Shown here: positions 35,751 through 46,314 of the stretch, one piece after another | Numbering within the stretch: the stretch's first letter is position 1 | Layout of the letters: every line of letters begins with the position of its first letter | Source: Flavobacteriales bacterium | GTDB lineage: Bacteria; Bacteroidota; Bacteroidia; Flavobacteriales_F; PHOS-HE28 | DNA length: 48,013 nucleotides | Direction of reading: 5' to 3' | Assembly: GCA_020437875.1 (NCBI GenBank) | Contig: JAGQVR010000003.1 | Coordinates: 1 to 48,013, forward strand | The notes under the pieces: generated by a model | Databases searched by the model: none | The model's input: only the letters and a program-made list of their open reading frames with translations | Told to the model about the DNA's origin: nothing | Translations under genes and position numbers: made by a program

Positions 35751-37082
35751 ATGTCATTGAAACGCGGACTCTTCTACACGTTGCTCACGCAGGCGCCCAC
35801 CCTGGTGCTCTATTTCGTGGCGAGCACGGTGATGACCCGCATGCTCGGGGATGTCGGTCGCGGTGAATACACCCTGATCACCAACCTGGGCACCCTGCTG
35901 GCCATGTTGATGAGCCTCAACATCGGTTTCGGGGTCACCTATTTCATCTCCAGGCAGCCCGACGACCGGAGCCGGATCATCGGTACTGCCACCACCGCAT
36001 TGCTCCTGAATGCGTTATTGGCGCCCTTCCTGCTCTGGGTGGCCGCCGGCATCCCCTCCTTCTCGCGCATCATCATGCCGGATACACGCGCGCATTGGCT
36101 GTACTGGGGCTTCGTCTACGCGAACGTGATGCTGAGCCTTCTGAACACCACGATCAGCTCCATCCTGCTCGGTTACAAACGCTTCAACATCCTCAACTGG
36201 ATGAGCATGCTCAACGCGGGCCTCAGCGCCATCGGCATGTTCGCGCTCTTCGTGCTTCCAGACATGATGGTCCCTGCCGACCGGCTGCCCGCCGTGCTCA
36301 TCGTCTCCACCATCAGCGTGGCGCTCGTGTCGGTCGTCTGGTGCGTGCTGTACCTCGTTCATGTCCGCGTGAGGCCGCGCCTGATACTTGCCTGGAGCGT
36401 ATTGAAGCCCATGATCGTATTCTCCTTGATCGGGCATGTGAGCAACCTCATCAACCTGATCAACTACCGGTTCGACGTTTGGGTGGTCGATCAGCATCGT
36501 GGCGCGGCGGAGCTCGGCCTTTATGCCGTCGCCGTAGGTGTGGCGCAGCTCCTCTTCAACATTCCGGAACCGTTCTCACGAGTGGTCCAACCCTACCTCT
36601 TCGGTCATTCGCGCGAAGAGATGCTGCCGCGCTTCAAGGCGATCGCACGGATCAATTTCACCGTGCTTCTTATCCTGGCCTTGCTGCTCGCCTTCCTCGC
36701 TCCGTGGCTCATCCCCCTGCTCTTCGGGGATACGTTCGCGCCGTCCGTGACACCCCTTCGCCTCCTGCTGCCCGGCATCGTGCTGAGCGGTGCGGCAAAG
36801 CTCCTGGCACAACTGGTGATCCAGGCCGGCTTCCAGCACTTCAACCTGCTGGCGACCACCTGCGCGGCCATCGTCACGATCACGCTGGACCTCATCCTGA
36901 TCCCCATCTGGGGCATCGCAGGAGCCGCCATCGCCACCACGACCTCCTACGCCGTTGTCCTTCTGGTCATCCTGGCCACCCTGCGCTGGAGGTCGCACAT
37001 CAACGTGCACGACCTGTTCCTGCTCCGGTCAACGGATCTGGATGTCCTTACACGGAATCTGCCATGGAGGGAACGACGGTGA
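35751..37082 (+). CDS. wzx: Wzx-type oligosaccharide flippase (polysaccharide biosynthesis protein, MOP superfamily)
   Basis: 443 aa with about 12-14 TM segments. The N-terminus 'LFYTLLTQAPTLVLYFVASTVMTRMLGDVGRGEY' is typical of this family. Confidence 0.7.
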   Translation: MSLKRGLFYTLLTQAPTLVLYFVASTVMTRMLGDVGRGEYTLITNLGTLLAMLMSLNIGFGVTYFISRQPDDRSRIIGTATTALLLNALLAPFLLWVAAGIPSFSRIIMPDTRAHWLYWGFVYANVMLSLLNTTISSILLGYKRFNILNWMSMLNAGLSAIGMFALFVLPDMMVPADRLPAVLIVSTISVALVSVVWCVLYLVHVRVRPRLILAWSVLKPMIVFSLIGHVSNLINLINYRFDVWVVDQHRGAAELGLYAVAVGVAQLLFNIPEPFSRVVQPYLFGHSREEMLPRFKAIARINFTVLLILALLLAFLAPWLIPLLFGDTFAPSVTPLRLLLPGIVLSGAAKLLAQLVIQAGFQHFNLLATTCAAIVTITLDLILIPIWGIAGAAIATTTSYAVVLLVILATLRWRSHINVHDLFLLRSTDLDVLTRNLPWRERR

Positions 37083-38269
37083 ACCGAAGGACCGATCCCC
37101 GGATCAGCGTATGCGTGGTCGGCTGGTGGCCCGAGCCCGGCTCCGTGAACGGGACCTTCATCCGCGAACATGTGAAGGCGATCGCACGATACCGACCGGT
37201 GGAGGTGGTGTACATGCAGGTCGTGAAGAGCCGGGTGCCATGGCCCCGTATCTCCGATGTGGTGGAGATGGATGAAGGGATGACCGTTCATCGGATCACC
37301 ATGCGGACACCTTTGCGGCGCTTCGGTGTGCCGGCGATACTTGCACGGATCGCTCTTCGGCGGACATTGCGGCAACTGCAAGTACGTTCAACGGCAGGTC
37401 TCCTGCATATCCACGTACGCACCGACCTGACCGAGGTGGCCCTTCCGCTGGCTCGAGCCGCTGGACTACCTGCCGTGCTCACGGAGCACAACTCGTTCTA
37501 TCATCTCGGCATCCGTTCGCTTCCGCCCACCGAACAGGCTCGTGAACGTGCCTCCATCAAGAAATGGCTCGCAAGTGCGGCGCTCGACCACATCATGCCC
37601 GTCTCCCTTGATCTGGCCCGTGTACTGCACACCGACTACGGTGTCGGCATGGAGCGCATGACCGTGGTGGGGAACGTGGCCGCCGAGGTCTTCAAGCCGG
37701 CAGCGTTCAAGGAGCGTGGATCCTTTCGGTTGCTGCTGGCCGCCGTGTGGCGACCGCCCAAGGACCATGACGTGTTCATCCGGGCCATGGCCTTGTTGCC
37801 GGATGATGTGAAAGGACGATGCTCGGTGGAATGGGCGGGCTACGGGCCCGACATGGACCGGATCCGAACGCGCTGTGCCAAGGAACTACCCGGTGTGGAC
37901 GTCCGCTTCCCCGGCTTGTTGGACAAGAACGATCTTGCGCATCGCATGCAGCAGGCCGACCTCTTCGTACTTCCGACCACCGCCGATAATCTGCCCTGCG
38001 TGGTCCTTGAGAGCCTTTGCTGTGGCACACCGGTGTTATCAATGGCGGTGAACGGTGTACCGGAGATGGTCGATGCCAGCAATGGTATCCTGGTCCCTCC
38101 TTCGGACCCGACCGCCCTTGCAGACGCCTTGCTCGCGTGCATCACCGGAGAGGCGGCCTTCGACCGGGAGCATATCGCGCGTGAAGCCATTTCCCGGTAT
38201 TCTCCGCAGGCCATCGGCGCCGCGATCGAGGAGGTGTACATCCGCGTCATGGACGCGCACGACCGATGA
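37064..38269 (+). CDS. GT4 (group 1) glycosyltransferase
   Basis: Internal start 'MEGTTVNRR' (GTG at 37079 is an alternative). The C-terminal 'LFVLPTTADNLPCVVLESLCCGTPVLSMAVNGVPEMV' is the E-x7-E region. The upstream part of the 724-aa track ORF is an out-of-frame overlap of wzx. Confidence 0.8.
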   Translation: MEGTTVNRRTDPRISVCVVGWWPEPGSVNGTFIREHVKAIARYRPVEVVYMQVVKSRVPWPRISDVVEMDEGMTVHRITMRTPLRRFGVPAILARIALRRTLRQLQVRSTAGLLHIHVRTDLTEVALPLARAAGLPAVLTEHNSFYHLGIRSLPPTEQARERASIKKWLASAALDHIMPVSLDLARVLHTDYGVGMERMTVVGNVAAEVFKPAAFKERGSFRLLLAAVWRPPKDHDVFIRAMALLPDDVKGRCSVEWAGYGPDMDRIRTRCAKELPGVDVRFPGLLDKNDLAHRMQQADLFVLPTTADNLPCVVLESLCCGTPVLSMAVNGVPEMVDASNGILVPPSDPTALADALLACITGEAAFDREHIAREAISRYSPQAIGAAIEEVYIRVMDAHDR

Positions 38270-39291
38270 GCGACAGCAGGCATGTGACCATCCTGGACCC
38301 GATGCGCGGGGTGGCCGCCCTGGCGGTGGTGATCTTCCATTACCTCGGCTCCATCCTGCCCACCCTTCGCCCCAACGGGGTGGAACATATCGTGGAGTAT
38401 GGGAAGATGGGGGTGCAGGTATTCTTCGTGATCTCCGGCTTCGTGATCCCCTATGCCATGCAGCGCGGGGGCTATGTGTGGTCCGACCTGGGCCGCTTCA
38501 TGCTCCGGCGGTTCGTCCGCATCGGCCCGCCGGCCTACATCGCGGCGCTGGCGGTGATCGCTTTCCACCTGCTCGCGATCATGATCAACGGCCGACCGGT
38601 GGATGGCGACCCTTTCCCGGGCTTCGGCTTCACCGCCGTATTCGCCAACCTCACCTTCACTGCTGAGTACTTCGGGACCGGTTGGTACAACTTCGTCTAT
38701 TGGAGCCTCACGACGGAGTTCGAATACTACCTCGTACTCGCGCTGGTCTTCCCGCTGATCGCCGTCGGAAGCCCGAACTGGCGGGTCGCGCTCATCATGG
38801 CGGGCATGATCCTGTTGACCTGGGCACCAGGTCCCTCCTTCTTCCACTACGCGGTATACTTCGTGCTCGGCATCCTGGTCTTCCTTTGGAGGGAGACTTC
38901 CACGGACCACCGGCTGCTCCTGTTCCTAGGACTCGCGGCCTGCCTGGCGGGGATCAGCCAGGGCTGGTCAACCCCGATCGCGGTCTCCCTGGTCGCCGCG
39001 CTCATCATCGCATCGGGCACTCCCTTCAGGACCGGACCGACCGACCTCCTCGGAGACATCTCGTACAGCCTCTACATCACACATGTGCCTGTCGCGTATT
39101 TCGCGGAGACGGTGATCAAACGTGTCACCGATCTGCACACCACCGCTGGCGGGAAGGCGGTCCTGTTCATCTTATACCTCACCTTGGCACTCGCGGTCGC
39201 GGCGCTCTTCCGTCGCGTTGTCGAGAAGCCCTTCCTCCATCTGTCCAAGCGGATCAAGGCACGGAGGATCGTTCCGAACGGACCGGCTTGA
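38266..39291 (+). CDS. Acyltransferase family 3 (O-acyltransferase, OafA/YrhL-like) membrane protein
   Basis: 'LDPMRGVAALAVVIFHY', 'GVQVFFVISGFVI' and about 10 TM segments. It overlaps the upstream gene by ATGA. Confidence 0.8.
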   Translation: MSDSRHVTILDPMRGVAALAVVIFHYLGSILPTLRPNGVEHIVEYGKMGVQVFFVISGFVIPYAMQRGGYVWSDLGRFMLRRFVRIGPPAYIAALAVIAFHLLAIMINGRPVDGDPFPGFGFTAVFANLTFTAEYFGTGWYNFVYWSLTTEFEYYLVLALVFPLIAVGSPNWRVALIMAGMILLTWAPGPSFFHYAVYFVLGILVFLWRETSTDHRLLLFLGLAACLAGISQGWSTPIAVSLVAALIIASGTPFRTGPTDLLGDISYSLYITHVPVAYFAETVIKRVTDLHTTAGGKAVLFILYLTLALAVAALFRRVVEKPFLHLSKRIKARRIVPNGPA

Positions 39292-39307
39292 TACCTTCCC
39301 TCCGTCG

Positions 39308-40435
39308 ATGCACGTCCTCCACACCTTCGCGAACAATGGCACGGTGCCCTACCTCACCTGGTTCACGGACCGGGCCAAGCGCGAGGGTGCGCCGCGCTAC
39401 ACCTTCATCCTGATGGTGCCGGAACGGCCGCCCATGATCGATGAGATGCGGGACAAGGGCTTCGAGGTGATCTGGATCAGGTACGATGACAGTCGGCGCA
39501 AGCGGGGCCTGCTCCGCGCGTTGCCGCTGCTCTGGTGGCATATGCTGCGCATCCGCCCCGACATCGTGCACTGCAACCTGTTCGACGACAGCCTTCCCGG
39601 ACTCATCGCGGCGCGTTGTGCAGGTATCCGCCGACGCGTTCTCACCCGACAGGATACCGGCTACCATTGGATGCACGCGCGGCGGTGGGTGGCACTCGAC
39701 CGCTGGAACAACCGCATGGCAACGCACATCATCGCCATCTCGGAGGAGAACCGGCGCTTCATCGTGGAGCAGGAAGGTGCGGATGAACGGAAGGTCCATC
39801 TGGTGCACAACGGCATCCCGGTCGATCGTTTCACACGCCAGGATGAAGCGGTGATGCGGCGGCTGCGCCAACGCTTCGACCTGCACGACGATCATCTGGT
39901 CTTCGGTTCGGTGGCGAGGTACGTTCACTGGAAGGGGCACCGGCATGTGATCGAAGCGGCCGCACGCATCGTATCCCGGCATCCGAATGCGCGCTTCCTG
40001 TTGTGCGGATCCGGTGTCCTGCGCCCACGGATGGAGGAGCTCGCACGATCGATCGGCATCGCTTCACAGGTCCATTTCATCGACCGGATCGAACCGGTGG
40101 AGATGCCTTCCTTCTACGGCATCCTGGATGCCTTCCTCCATGCCGCGGTGATGGAGCCCTTCGGCCTGGTCTACGCCGAAGCGATGATGAACGGGGTGCC
40201 GGTCGTGAGCACGCGCACCGGTGCGGCAGCGGATGCGATCGTCAATGGGGTGAACGGCATCCTCATCGAGGAACCTTCGGGCGAAGCGCTCGCTGCGGGG
40301 GTCGAACGCCTGCTTGAACTGGATCGGCGGGCCATTGGTCGCTCAGGCAGGGATACGGCCCTGCGCATGTACCCGTTCGATGTGATGTGGAAGGGTACGA
40401 TGGATGTATACAAGGATGCCATGTCAGGCGCATGA
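39308..40435 (+). CDS. GT4 (group 1) glycosyltransferase
   Basis: Internal start 'MHVLHTFANNG'. 'GSVARYVHWKGH' and 'EPFGLVYAEAMMNGVPVVSTRTGAAADAI' are present. Confidence 0.85.
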   Translation: MHVLHTFANNGTVPYLTWFTDRAKREGAPRYTFILMVPERPPMIDEMRDKGFEVIWIRYDDSRRKRGLLRALPLLWWHMLRIRPDIVHCNLFDDSLPGLIAARCAGIRRRVLTRQDTGYHWMHARRWVALDRWNNRMATHIIAISEENRRFIVEQEGADERKVHLVHNGIPVDRFTRQDEAVMRRLRQRFDLHDDHLVFGSVARYVHWKGHRHVIEAAARIVSRHPNARFLLCGSGVLRPRMEELARSIGIASQVHFIDRIEPVEMPSFYGILDAFLHAAVMEPFGLVYAEAMMNGVPVVSTRTGAAADAIVNGVNGILIEEPSGEALAAGVERLLELDRRAIGRSGRDTALRMYPFDVMWKGTMDVYKDAMSGA

Positions 40436-41328
40436 AGGAGGGACTCATATCGGTCATCATCCCCGCGTATAACGCGGAAGCGTTCATCCGACACACCATC
40501 CGTTCGGTGCTGGACCAGACCTATCCGGACCTCGAAGTGATCGTCGTGGACGATGGCTCGACCGATGGTACCCCTTCCGTGGTCGGATCCATGCAGGACC
40601 GGCGCATACGGCTGGTCTCCCAACCCAACAGCGGCGTTTCGACCGCACGGAATCGGGGGATCGGCGCGGCCCAAGGTGCGATCATCGGATTCCTCGATGC
40701 CGATGATGCGATGGAGCCGACCAACATCGCTGAGAAGGTGCGGGCCCTTGGGTCCGGGCAGGCGGAGTGGGCGTACAGCGACATGCTCGCTTGTGATCCT
40801 GCGTTGAAGCCATTCGGCATCATGCGCGGATCAGATGACGACCTGGTCCGCACGATACTTCTTGGCATCGATACGGCGGTACCGGGAGCTTGCAGCAACA
40901 TCGTCGTGAAACGCTCCTGTCTTGATGCGGGGATACGGTTCGACCAACGTCTTTCGAACGCGGCGGACCAACACTTCGTGCTGGCTCTGGCAGCTGGTCA
41001 TGGTCACGCGAGGATACCGAAGCCATTGGCTCGCTACCGCATCCTATCAACGAGCATGAGCAGGAACGTCACCCTTTATGAGGCCGATCACCGTCGCCTC
41101 ATCGCCATGGCCGAGGAAATGGGGCTTTTGCAGGACAAGCGGTTCGCCCGCACGGTCCGGGCCAATGCCGAATGGGCCATCGGGGGCAGCTGGTGGGTGA
41201 ACGCTGGTGATCGCTGGAAAGGGATGCGCCATCTCATCAAGGCGGTGCTCATGGACCCTGGGATCCTACTGCGTCGCATGGCCCGGAAACGGAGCGGTCA
41301 CGCTACGATCCTTCCGCTGGATCCGTGA
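40432..41328 (+). CDS. GT2 glycosyltransferase (soluble type)
   Basis: 'ISVIIPAYNAEAFI', 'VVDDGSTDGT' and 'FLDADDAM'. It overlaps the upstream gene by ATGA. Confidence 0.85.
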   Translation: MKEGLISVIIPAYNAEAFIRHTIRSVLDQTYPDLEVIVVDDGSTDGTPSVVGSMQDRRIRLVSQPNSGVSTARNRGIGAAQGAIIGFLDADDAMEPTNIAEKVRALGSGQAEWAYSDMLACDPALKPFGIMRGSDDDLVRTILLGIDTAVPGACSNIVVKRSCLDAGIRFDQRLSNAADQHFVLALAAGHGHARIPKPLARYRILSTSMSRNVTLYEADHRRLIAMAEEMGLLQDKRFARTVRANAEWAIGGSWWVNAGDRWKGMRHLIKAVLMDPGILLRRMARKRSGHATILPLDP

Positions 41329-42361
41329 GCCCCAGAGAATGGCGCTCCCAGGCCCAGGCGGAGCGCATCACCTCGTCCAGGTCACGACGCGCCTCCCAGC
41401 CCAGGAGCCGGTTCGATCGCCCGGTGTCGGACCAGACGGCCTCGACATCCCCTGCACGTCGCGGCCCCAGCTGGTAGTTCAAGCTCACGCCGCTCACCTT
41501 TTCGAAGGCGGCGATCGCCTCCAGCACGCTCACACCGTTACCCGTGCCCAGGTTGATGACCTCATGTGGTTCGGTCATCTCCCCTCCGAAGGTGCGTTCG
41601 AGCGCCGAGATATGGGCATCGGCGATGTCGGACACGTGCACATAATCCCTTATGCACGAACCGTCGCGTGTGGCATAATCCGTTCCATGGACATGCATGA
41701 CCGGCAGCCTCCCGCTTGCGGTGCGTGTGATCACAGGCACCAAGCTGCTCGGCGGGTCGGTCGGGTCCTCGCCGTTCAGCCCGCTCACATGCGCACCCGC
41801 CGGGTTGAAGTAGCGCAACGAGATGGCCCGCATACCGGCTTGCACCCGGACATGGTCCGCCACGATGCGTTCCCCGATCTGCTTGGTGTAGGCATACGGC
41901 GATTCCGCCACACTGAGGACACTATCCTCCCGCACCGGCATCTCCGAGATGTTGCCATAGACGGAGCACGACGACGAGAAGATGAAGTTGGTGATCCCCC
42001 GCTCCTGGCACACCAGCAGGATGTTGAGCAGGGACTCGATGTTGTTGTGGTAGTACTTGTGCGGGTCCGCAACGGATTCAGGCACCGACTTGTAGGCGGC
42101 GAAGTGGATCACGCCAGCGATGTCCGGTTCCTTATCCATCGCGCGATCGAGCGCGGTGCGATCGCACAGGTCCACGGCATGGTTCCGCACCTTCCTTCCG
42201 GTGATCCGCTCGATGCGATCGAAGGCCGCCGGTGTGGAGTTCCCGAAATGGTCGATCGACACCACGTCGCCCGGCCATTTGGCAAGCAGTTCGATGATCG
42301 TGTGCGATCCGATGTAGCCGGCACCTCCGGTGACGAGGATGCTCCTATCACTTCTTCCCAT
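41303..42361 (-). CDS. galE: UDP-glucose 4-epimerase
   Basis: 'ILVTGGAGYIGSH', 'SSSCSVYG' and catalytic 'SPYAYTKQIGE' (YxxxK). The length of 352 aa fits the family. Confidence 0.85.
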   Translation of the reverse strand: MGRSDRSILVTGGAGYIGSHTIIELLAKWPGDVVSIDHFGNSTPAAFDRIERITGRKVRNHAVDLCDRTALDRAMDKEPDIAGVIHFAAYKSVPESVADPHKYYHNNIESLLNILLVCQERGITNFIFSSSCSVYGNISEMPVREDSVLSVAESPYAYTKQIGERIVADHVRVQAGMRAISLRYFNPAGAHVSGLNGEDPTDPPSSLVPVITRTASGRLPVMHVHGTDYATRDGSCIRDYVHVSDIADAHISALERTFGGEMTEPHEVINLGTGNGVSVLEAIAAFEKVSGVSLNYQLGPRRAGDVEAVWSDTGRSNRLLGWEARRDLDEVMRSAWAWERHSLGLTDPAEGS

Positions 42362-43568
42362 AGATGGTCATGTATATCTGTTCGGCGATCCCGAAGCTGC
42401 GGTATCGGACGGCCACGGCCCTGATCCGATCGGTGAGTTCCTGGTGCTCCACACTGGTCAGCAGATGGTCGATCGTGCGTATCGCCTTCTCATAGGCAAT
42501 CTCATCAAGTCCCTCGAGCACCGCGCCGATGCCGTTCTCCGCGATGATACGTGAATCATCCGAGATGTCCGGGGTGATGATGACCGGAAGCCCCAAGGCC
42601 CAGTACTCCCCGTCCTTGATCGGCGTGCAAAACCGCTTCGTAGGAACGCTCCGCACCGGTGTGATCGCCACATCGGCAAGTCCCATGTACCGCGGCATGT
42701 CCGCATGCGGCACGAAGCGGATGGTGAACATCCTGGGGTCAAGGCCGGCCTTCGACATGAAGGGCAGCAGTTCCTCCGGATCATGACCTGTGAGCAGCAG
42801 CACTTGGAGCCGATCACCCCAATACCGGCGTGCCACCGCGAACAGGTCGAAGACCTCCTGATCCAGGTAGATCCCGCCGAACTTGCCGGCATATACCAGC
42901 ACGATCCGCCCTTCAAGGCCCAGCTCCTTCAGCGATACTGGGTCCTTCCGATGCCGTACGGAGAAGGCATCCAGGTCCACGCAGGCGGGCTTCACGTGGA
43001 AGGGCTTGTCCTTCACACCGTACTTGCGCTCGGCATACTCCCGCATCCCCGCCGCCGCAGCGATGAGCACTTTCGCACGCCGGCTCTGCCATCGCTCCCA
43101 CCGGAAGAGCACCTTGAACGCCAGGCCATCGCGCCGCCAGGTACCGTTCTCCACCATCGCCTCGGCATGTGGCTCATAGCTGTCCAGGATCAGTGGCCGG
43201 CCGGTAAGGACCGACAGGATGTGTCCCAACATGCCCGCCGGGGTGCACCAAGCATGGATGGTATCGATACGTTCCCGTCGGATAAGTCGCGCGCAATGCC
43301 ACAGCACGCGCAGGATCATCGGGACCGCCCGTGTTCCGAAGGGCGCGTACCTGAACGGATGCACCACCACCCCTTGCTCCGATGACAGCAGGGATGGAGC
43401 ACCACCTTTTTCCAAGGTGACAAGATGGACCGTGCTCCCCACCGGGAGCGCCTTCAGCATCAACCGGACGTAGGGCAGGGTGTACGCCTGGATGAGCGCA
43501 TCGGAAAAGCTCCAATAAGTGAGCACCAGGACCTGTCGGGGAGGTCGAACCGATGGAGGATCGGTCAT
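42348..43568 (-). CDS. Glycosyltransferase (GT4/GT1-like, divergent)
   Basis: The start is at the second ATG, giving an ATGA overlap with the upstream stop. It has a GT-B-like layout with 'LVYAGKFGGIY...' and the C-terminal 'PIKDGEYWALGLPVIITPDISDDSRII'. Confidence 0.6.
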   Translation of the reverse strand: MTDPPSVRPPRQVLVLTYWSFSDALIQAYTLPYVRLMLKALPVGSTVHLVTLEKGGAPSLLSSEQGVVVHPFRYAPFGTRAVPMILRVLWHCARLIRRERIDTIHAWCTPAGMLGHILSVLTGRPLILDSYEPHAEAMVENGTWRRDGLAFKVLFRWERWQSRRAKVLIAAAAGMREYAERKYGVKDKPFHVKPACVDLDAFSVRHRKDPVSLKELGLEGRIVLVYAGKFGGIYLDQEVFDLFAVARRYWGDRLQVLLLTGHDPEELLPFMSKAGLDPRMFTIRFVPHADMPRYMGLADVAITPVRSVPTKRFCTPIKDGEYWALGLPVIITPDISDDSRIIAENGIGAVLEGLDEIAYEKAIRTIDHLLTSVEHQELTDRIRAVAVRYRSFGIAEQIYMTIYGKK

Positions 43569-45067
43569 TTCGGTCGGTCGCTCGCGTTCCATTTACGGGC
43601 CCTGGCCTTGCGCTTGGCGGAGATGAGTTCGGGAATACCCTTCATATGCGCCGTACCCATCATGAAGTCGGTCAGTTCAAAGCGAAGTTTGTTCTTCTTC
43701 ATCGCTCGTTTGATCTGCGACAGGAACACGATGATGTACATGGAGCAGATGAAGAAGGGCACCATGGGGATCTTGAAACGTACCAATGCACCGAAGTTCG
43801 GCGTGGATACACCGACAGCGAAGCCGAAGAGCAGGGCGAAGGTGAGGGACATGGTGATGATGGGCACACCGGCCATGCACTGGATGATGAAGCGCGGCCC
43901 GGCGCGTAACACGGCGAACACGGCGAACATCAGCACCCACAGGTTCTCCAAGCCGCTCAGGATCATGGTGAAGTTGTTGCACTCCCACAGGTAGGGGCGG
44001 AATATCGCCGCGTTCACCGCGATCGGGAATTTTGAGACCAGACCCAGCCAGGTACCATCGAACTCACCCACGTCGAAGCTGTTCGAGCCATAGGAGTCCA
44101 CACGGATCAGGTCCTGCTGGGTCGCCTCGATGGACTTCAAGGCACCGTCCAATGCGAAGTGGCCTGCGGATTCCCCCAGCTTGTTCAGGACGAACAAGGT
44201 CACCCCCACGAAGATCGCGATGGTGATGGGGAAGAGGACGAACTTGAAGAGCAGGTTGCGGACGCGTACGAGCCGGAAATAGAACAACCACAACAGGGTG
44301 GCGGAGATCAGTACCATGAAGATGTAGGGCTTCACCATCATCATCGCGGCGGCACTGAGCGCCATCACGACGGCGTTCTTCATGATCGCCCGCTTCTTGA
44401 AGAAGACCTCGTCCACCGCATGCACCCACCAGCACACGGCGCTGAAGGTGATGGTATCCTTCAACACCGGCGACCCCCAGAAAATGGATGATGGCATGAA
44501 GAGGAAACCGGTGGCCAGCTGGCCGCTGATCTGCGGGAAGTAACCGACGAATGTCCTGTAGCACGCCCAGATCCCGAAGAAGGAGAGCGTGGCCATGAGC
44601 ACATTGGTGAGCAGGAAACTCTTGAAGGTGAAAAATGTGACCACACTCGTCACGCGGAGCACGAAGAAGGTACGGTCGTCGAAGAACATGAACTGATAAG
44701 GCTTCGCGGTACTCAGGCTGTAGCGGGACCAAGCCTTCATGGAATTGTCGCCGGACACCATTTGCCGCACATACTCGAAAGGATCTTCAAGGGCCAGGTT
44801 GCGCATGGACAGCCCGGAGAAGAAATAGGCACCCGAATCGCCACCTCCATAGATGTAGAAATAGACGATGGAGAAGAACATGCTCGCCCCGATCTTCGCC
44901 AGAAGGGCTGAGATGTAGTACCTGTACTCCGGACCCTGTTTCAGCCTCAGGGCCTTCTGCCTCGCAAAGAAGATGTAAAGTATCGCGATGTATACCAGGG
45001 CCAGCAGGTACTCCCAATAATCAATGGTCTGCTCGCCATGGTAGAGTACGTTGATCAGTGGGAACAT
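43565..45067 (-). CDS. Polytopic membrane protein, candidate Wzy-type glycan polymerase
   Basis: 500 aa with more than 10 hydrophobic segments, an extracytoplasmic loop 'ALDGALKSIEATQQDLIRVDSYGSNSFDVGEFDG' and a basic C-terminal tail. It lies in an operon with GT4 and galE next to wzx. The function is inferred from context only. Confidence 0.4.
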   Translation of the reverse strand: MFPLINVLYHGEQTIDYWEYLLALVYIAILYIFFARQKALRLKQGPEYRYYISALLAKIGASMFFSIVYFYIYGGGDSGAYFFSGLSMRNLALEDPFEYVRQMVSGDNSMKAWSRYSLSTAKPYQFMFFDDRTFFVLRVTSVVTFFTFKSFLLTNVLMATLSFFGIWACYRTFVGYFPQISGQLATGFLFMPSSIFWGSPVLKDTITFSAVCWWVHAVDEVFFKKRAIMKNAVVMALSAAAMMMVKPYIFMVLISATLLWLFYFRLVRVRNLLFKFVLFPITIAIFVGVTLFVLNKLGESAGHFALDGALKSIEATQQDLIRVDSYGSNSFDVGEFDGTWLGLVSKFPIAVNAAIFRPYLWECNNFTMILSGLENLWVLMFAVFAVLRAGPRFIIQCMAGVPIITMSLTFALLFGFAVGVSTPNFGALVRFKIPMVPFFICSMYIIVFLSQIKRAMKKNKLRFELTDFMMGTAHMKGIPELISAKRKARARKWNASDRPK

Positions 45068-45158
45068 CGGAACCCAGGCAACGGCGGTGGATCGGCCGGA
45101 TCATGTGCATGAACAGCGGAACATATCCCGCATCTGCCTGACCTCCCCCCGTTCGCGC

Positions 45159-45166
45159 CAAAAGTA
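45159..45166 (-). promoter_or_regulatory. Bacteroidota -7 box (TACTTTTG on the minus strand) upstream of the wzy-like/GT4/galE operon
   Basis: Perfect TAnnTTTG match 92 nt upstream of the ATG at 45067, in a 167-nt divergent intergenic region. Confidence 0.35.
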
Positions 45167-45234
45167 GTCGCGACCGAGATGCCTGCGATAGTCCTTCGTC
45201 GATACCGAAGGATATCCGATCTTACGGACGATAA

Positions 45235-46302
45235 ATGGTGACCGCACCCATGCACTGGCAATTGGTGGACGTGCTGCGCGGGATCGCGGTCCTGCTGGTC
45301 CTGTTCAGGCATCATCCCTATGGTGGTGTGCTCGGGCACGTGGGTTGGCTCGGGGTCGACCTCTTCTTCGTACTAAGTGGATTCCTTGTCTCCGGACTCA
45401 TCTTCGACGAGGAACGAGCAACTGGCCGCTTCAAGGCACTGCGCTTCCTGGTCCGTCGAGCATTCAAGATACAACCTTCCTTCCTGGTCCTCATCGGCGT
45501 AACGACCCTGGCCATGTGGGCCAGCGGCAGACAGGACCCACCGCTCAACTACGTCGCAGAACTCCTGTTCTTCCAGAACTATCACGAAGGCCTTTGGTCA
45601 CACACCTGGTCGCTCGCCGTGGAGGAACACTTCTACCTGATCCTGGTAGGATTGGCGGCGATACTGGGGAGCCTTCGGTTCACCTGGTCCCGATTCGTCG
45701 TGCTCTGCTCAGGCGGCATGATCCTGATAACACTCCTTAGAGCCCATCAACTGCTCACAGGGCCGTTCAGTACGCTCGAACACTTCTATCCGAGCCACCT
45801 GCGGATGGACTCCCTTCTGGCGGGTGTGCTACTGGCGGGCTGGCACCGCTATCGGTCCACCTCCTTCCATGCCTTCTTCCGCACAAGGCGGTGGATGCTC
45901 CTCGGTTCGATGGTCCCACTTCTGGCCCCGACCACCCTCCTGCCATTCGGTTCTTTCTGGATGTACACCATCGGTCTGAGCACTGCCTACATCGCCGGAA
46001 TGATCGCAGTTGGACTGGCGGTGACCGCCGAAGGTCACCCGGCCCGGTGGCGACCGATCACCACCCCTCTGGCTTGGGTCGGCGGGATCTCGTACAATAC
46101 CTACCTCTGGCATCTGTTCGTCCTGCTTGTGATCGAAATGGTCGCCGATGGCGCAGGTATGTCGGGCGGATCGCTCGAACTCGTGCTGTTCATCATCGCC
46201 GCTTTGATCACCGGGTGGGTGACCACCCGGCTGATCGAACGCCCAGCCCTGCGACTCCGGAACAGGATCGCACCCGCCTGGCAGCGCTCCACCCGGGCCT
46301 GA
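45235..46302 (+). CDS. Acyltransferase family 3 membrane protein (second copy)
   Basis: 'VDVLRGIAVLLVLFRHH', 'GVDLFFVLSGFLV' and about 10 TM segments. An alternative start lies at 45250. Confidence 0.8.
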   Translation: MVTAPMHWQLVDVLRGIAVLLVLFRHHPYGGVLGHVGWLGVDLFFVLSGFLVSGLIFDEERATGRFKALRFLVRRAFKIQPSFLVLIGVTTLAMWASGRQDPPLNYVAELLFFQNYHEGLWSHTWSLAVEEHFYLILVGLAAILGSLRFTWSRFVVLCSGGMILITLLRAHQLLTGPFSTLEHFYPSHLRMDSLLAGVLLAGWHRYRSTSFHAFFRTRRWMLLGSMVPLLAPTTLLPFGSFWMYTIGLSTAYIAGMIAVGLAVTAEGHPARWRPITTPLAWVGGISYNTYLWHLFVLLVIEMVADGAGMSGGSLELVLFIIAALITGWVTTRLIERPALRLRNRIAPAWQRSTRA

Positions 46303-46314
46303 TCCGACAAGGAA

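Noticed and set aside
36095-37063. Long N-terminal extensions in the ORF track that could be read as gene fusions or large overlaps. Examples are 36095-38269, 16958-18337, 39122-40435, 30903-32480, 26483-27793 and 8828-9745.
   Set aside because: The extensions overlap the preceding gene out of frame and are low-complexity. In each case homology-like sequence begins at an internal ATG placed right at or after the upstream stop.
43565-45067. The Wzy-like gene looks less GC-rich than its neighbours, which could suggest horizontal acquisition.
   Set aside because: Reading the codons shows that third positions are still mostly G/C. The lower overall GC comes from the Phe/Ile/Tyr/Lys/Met-rich membrane-protein composition.
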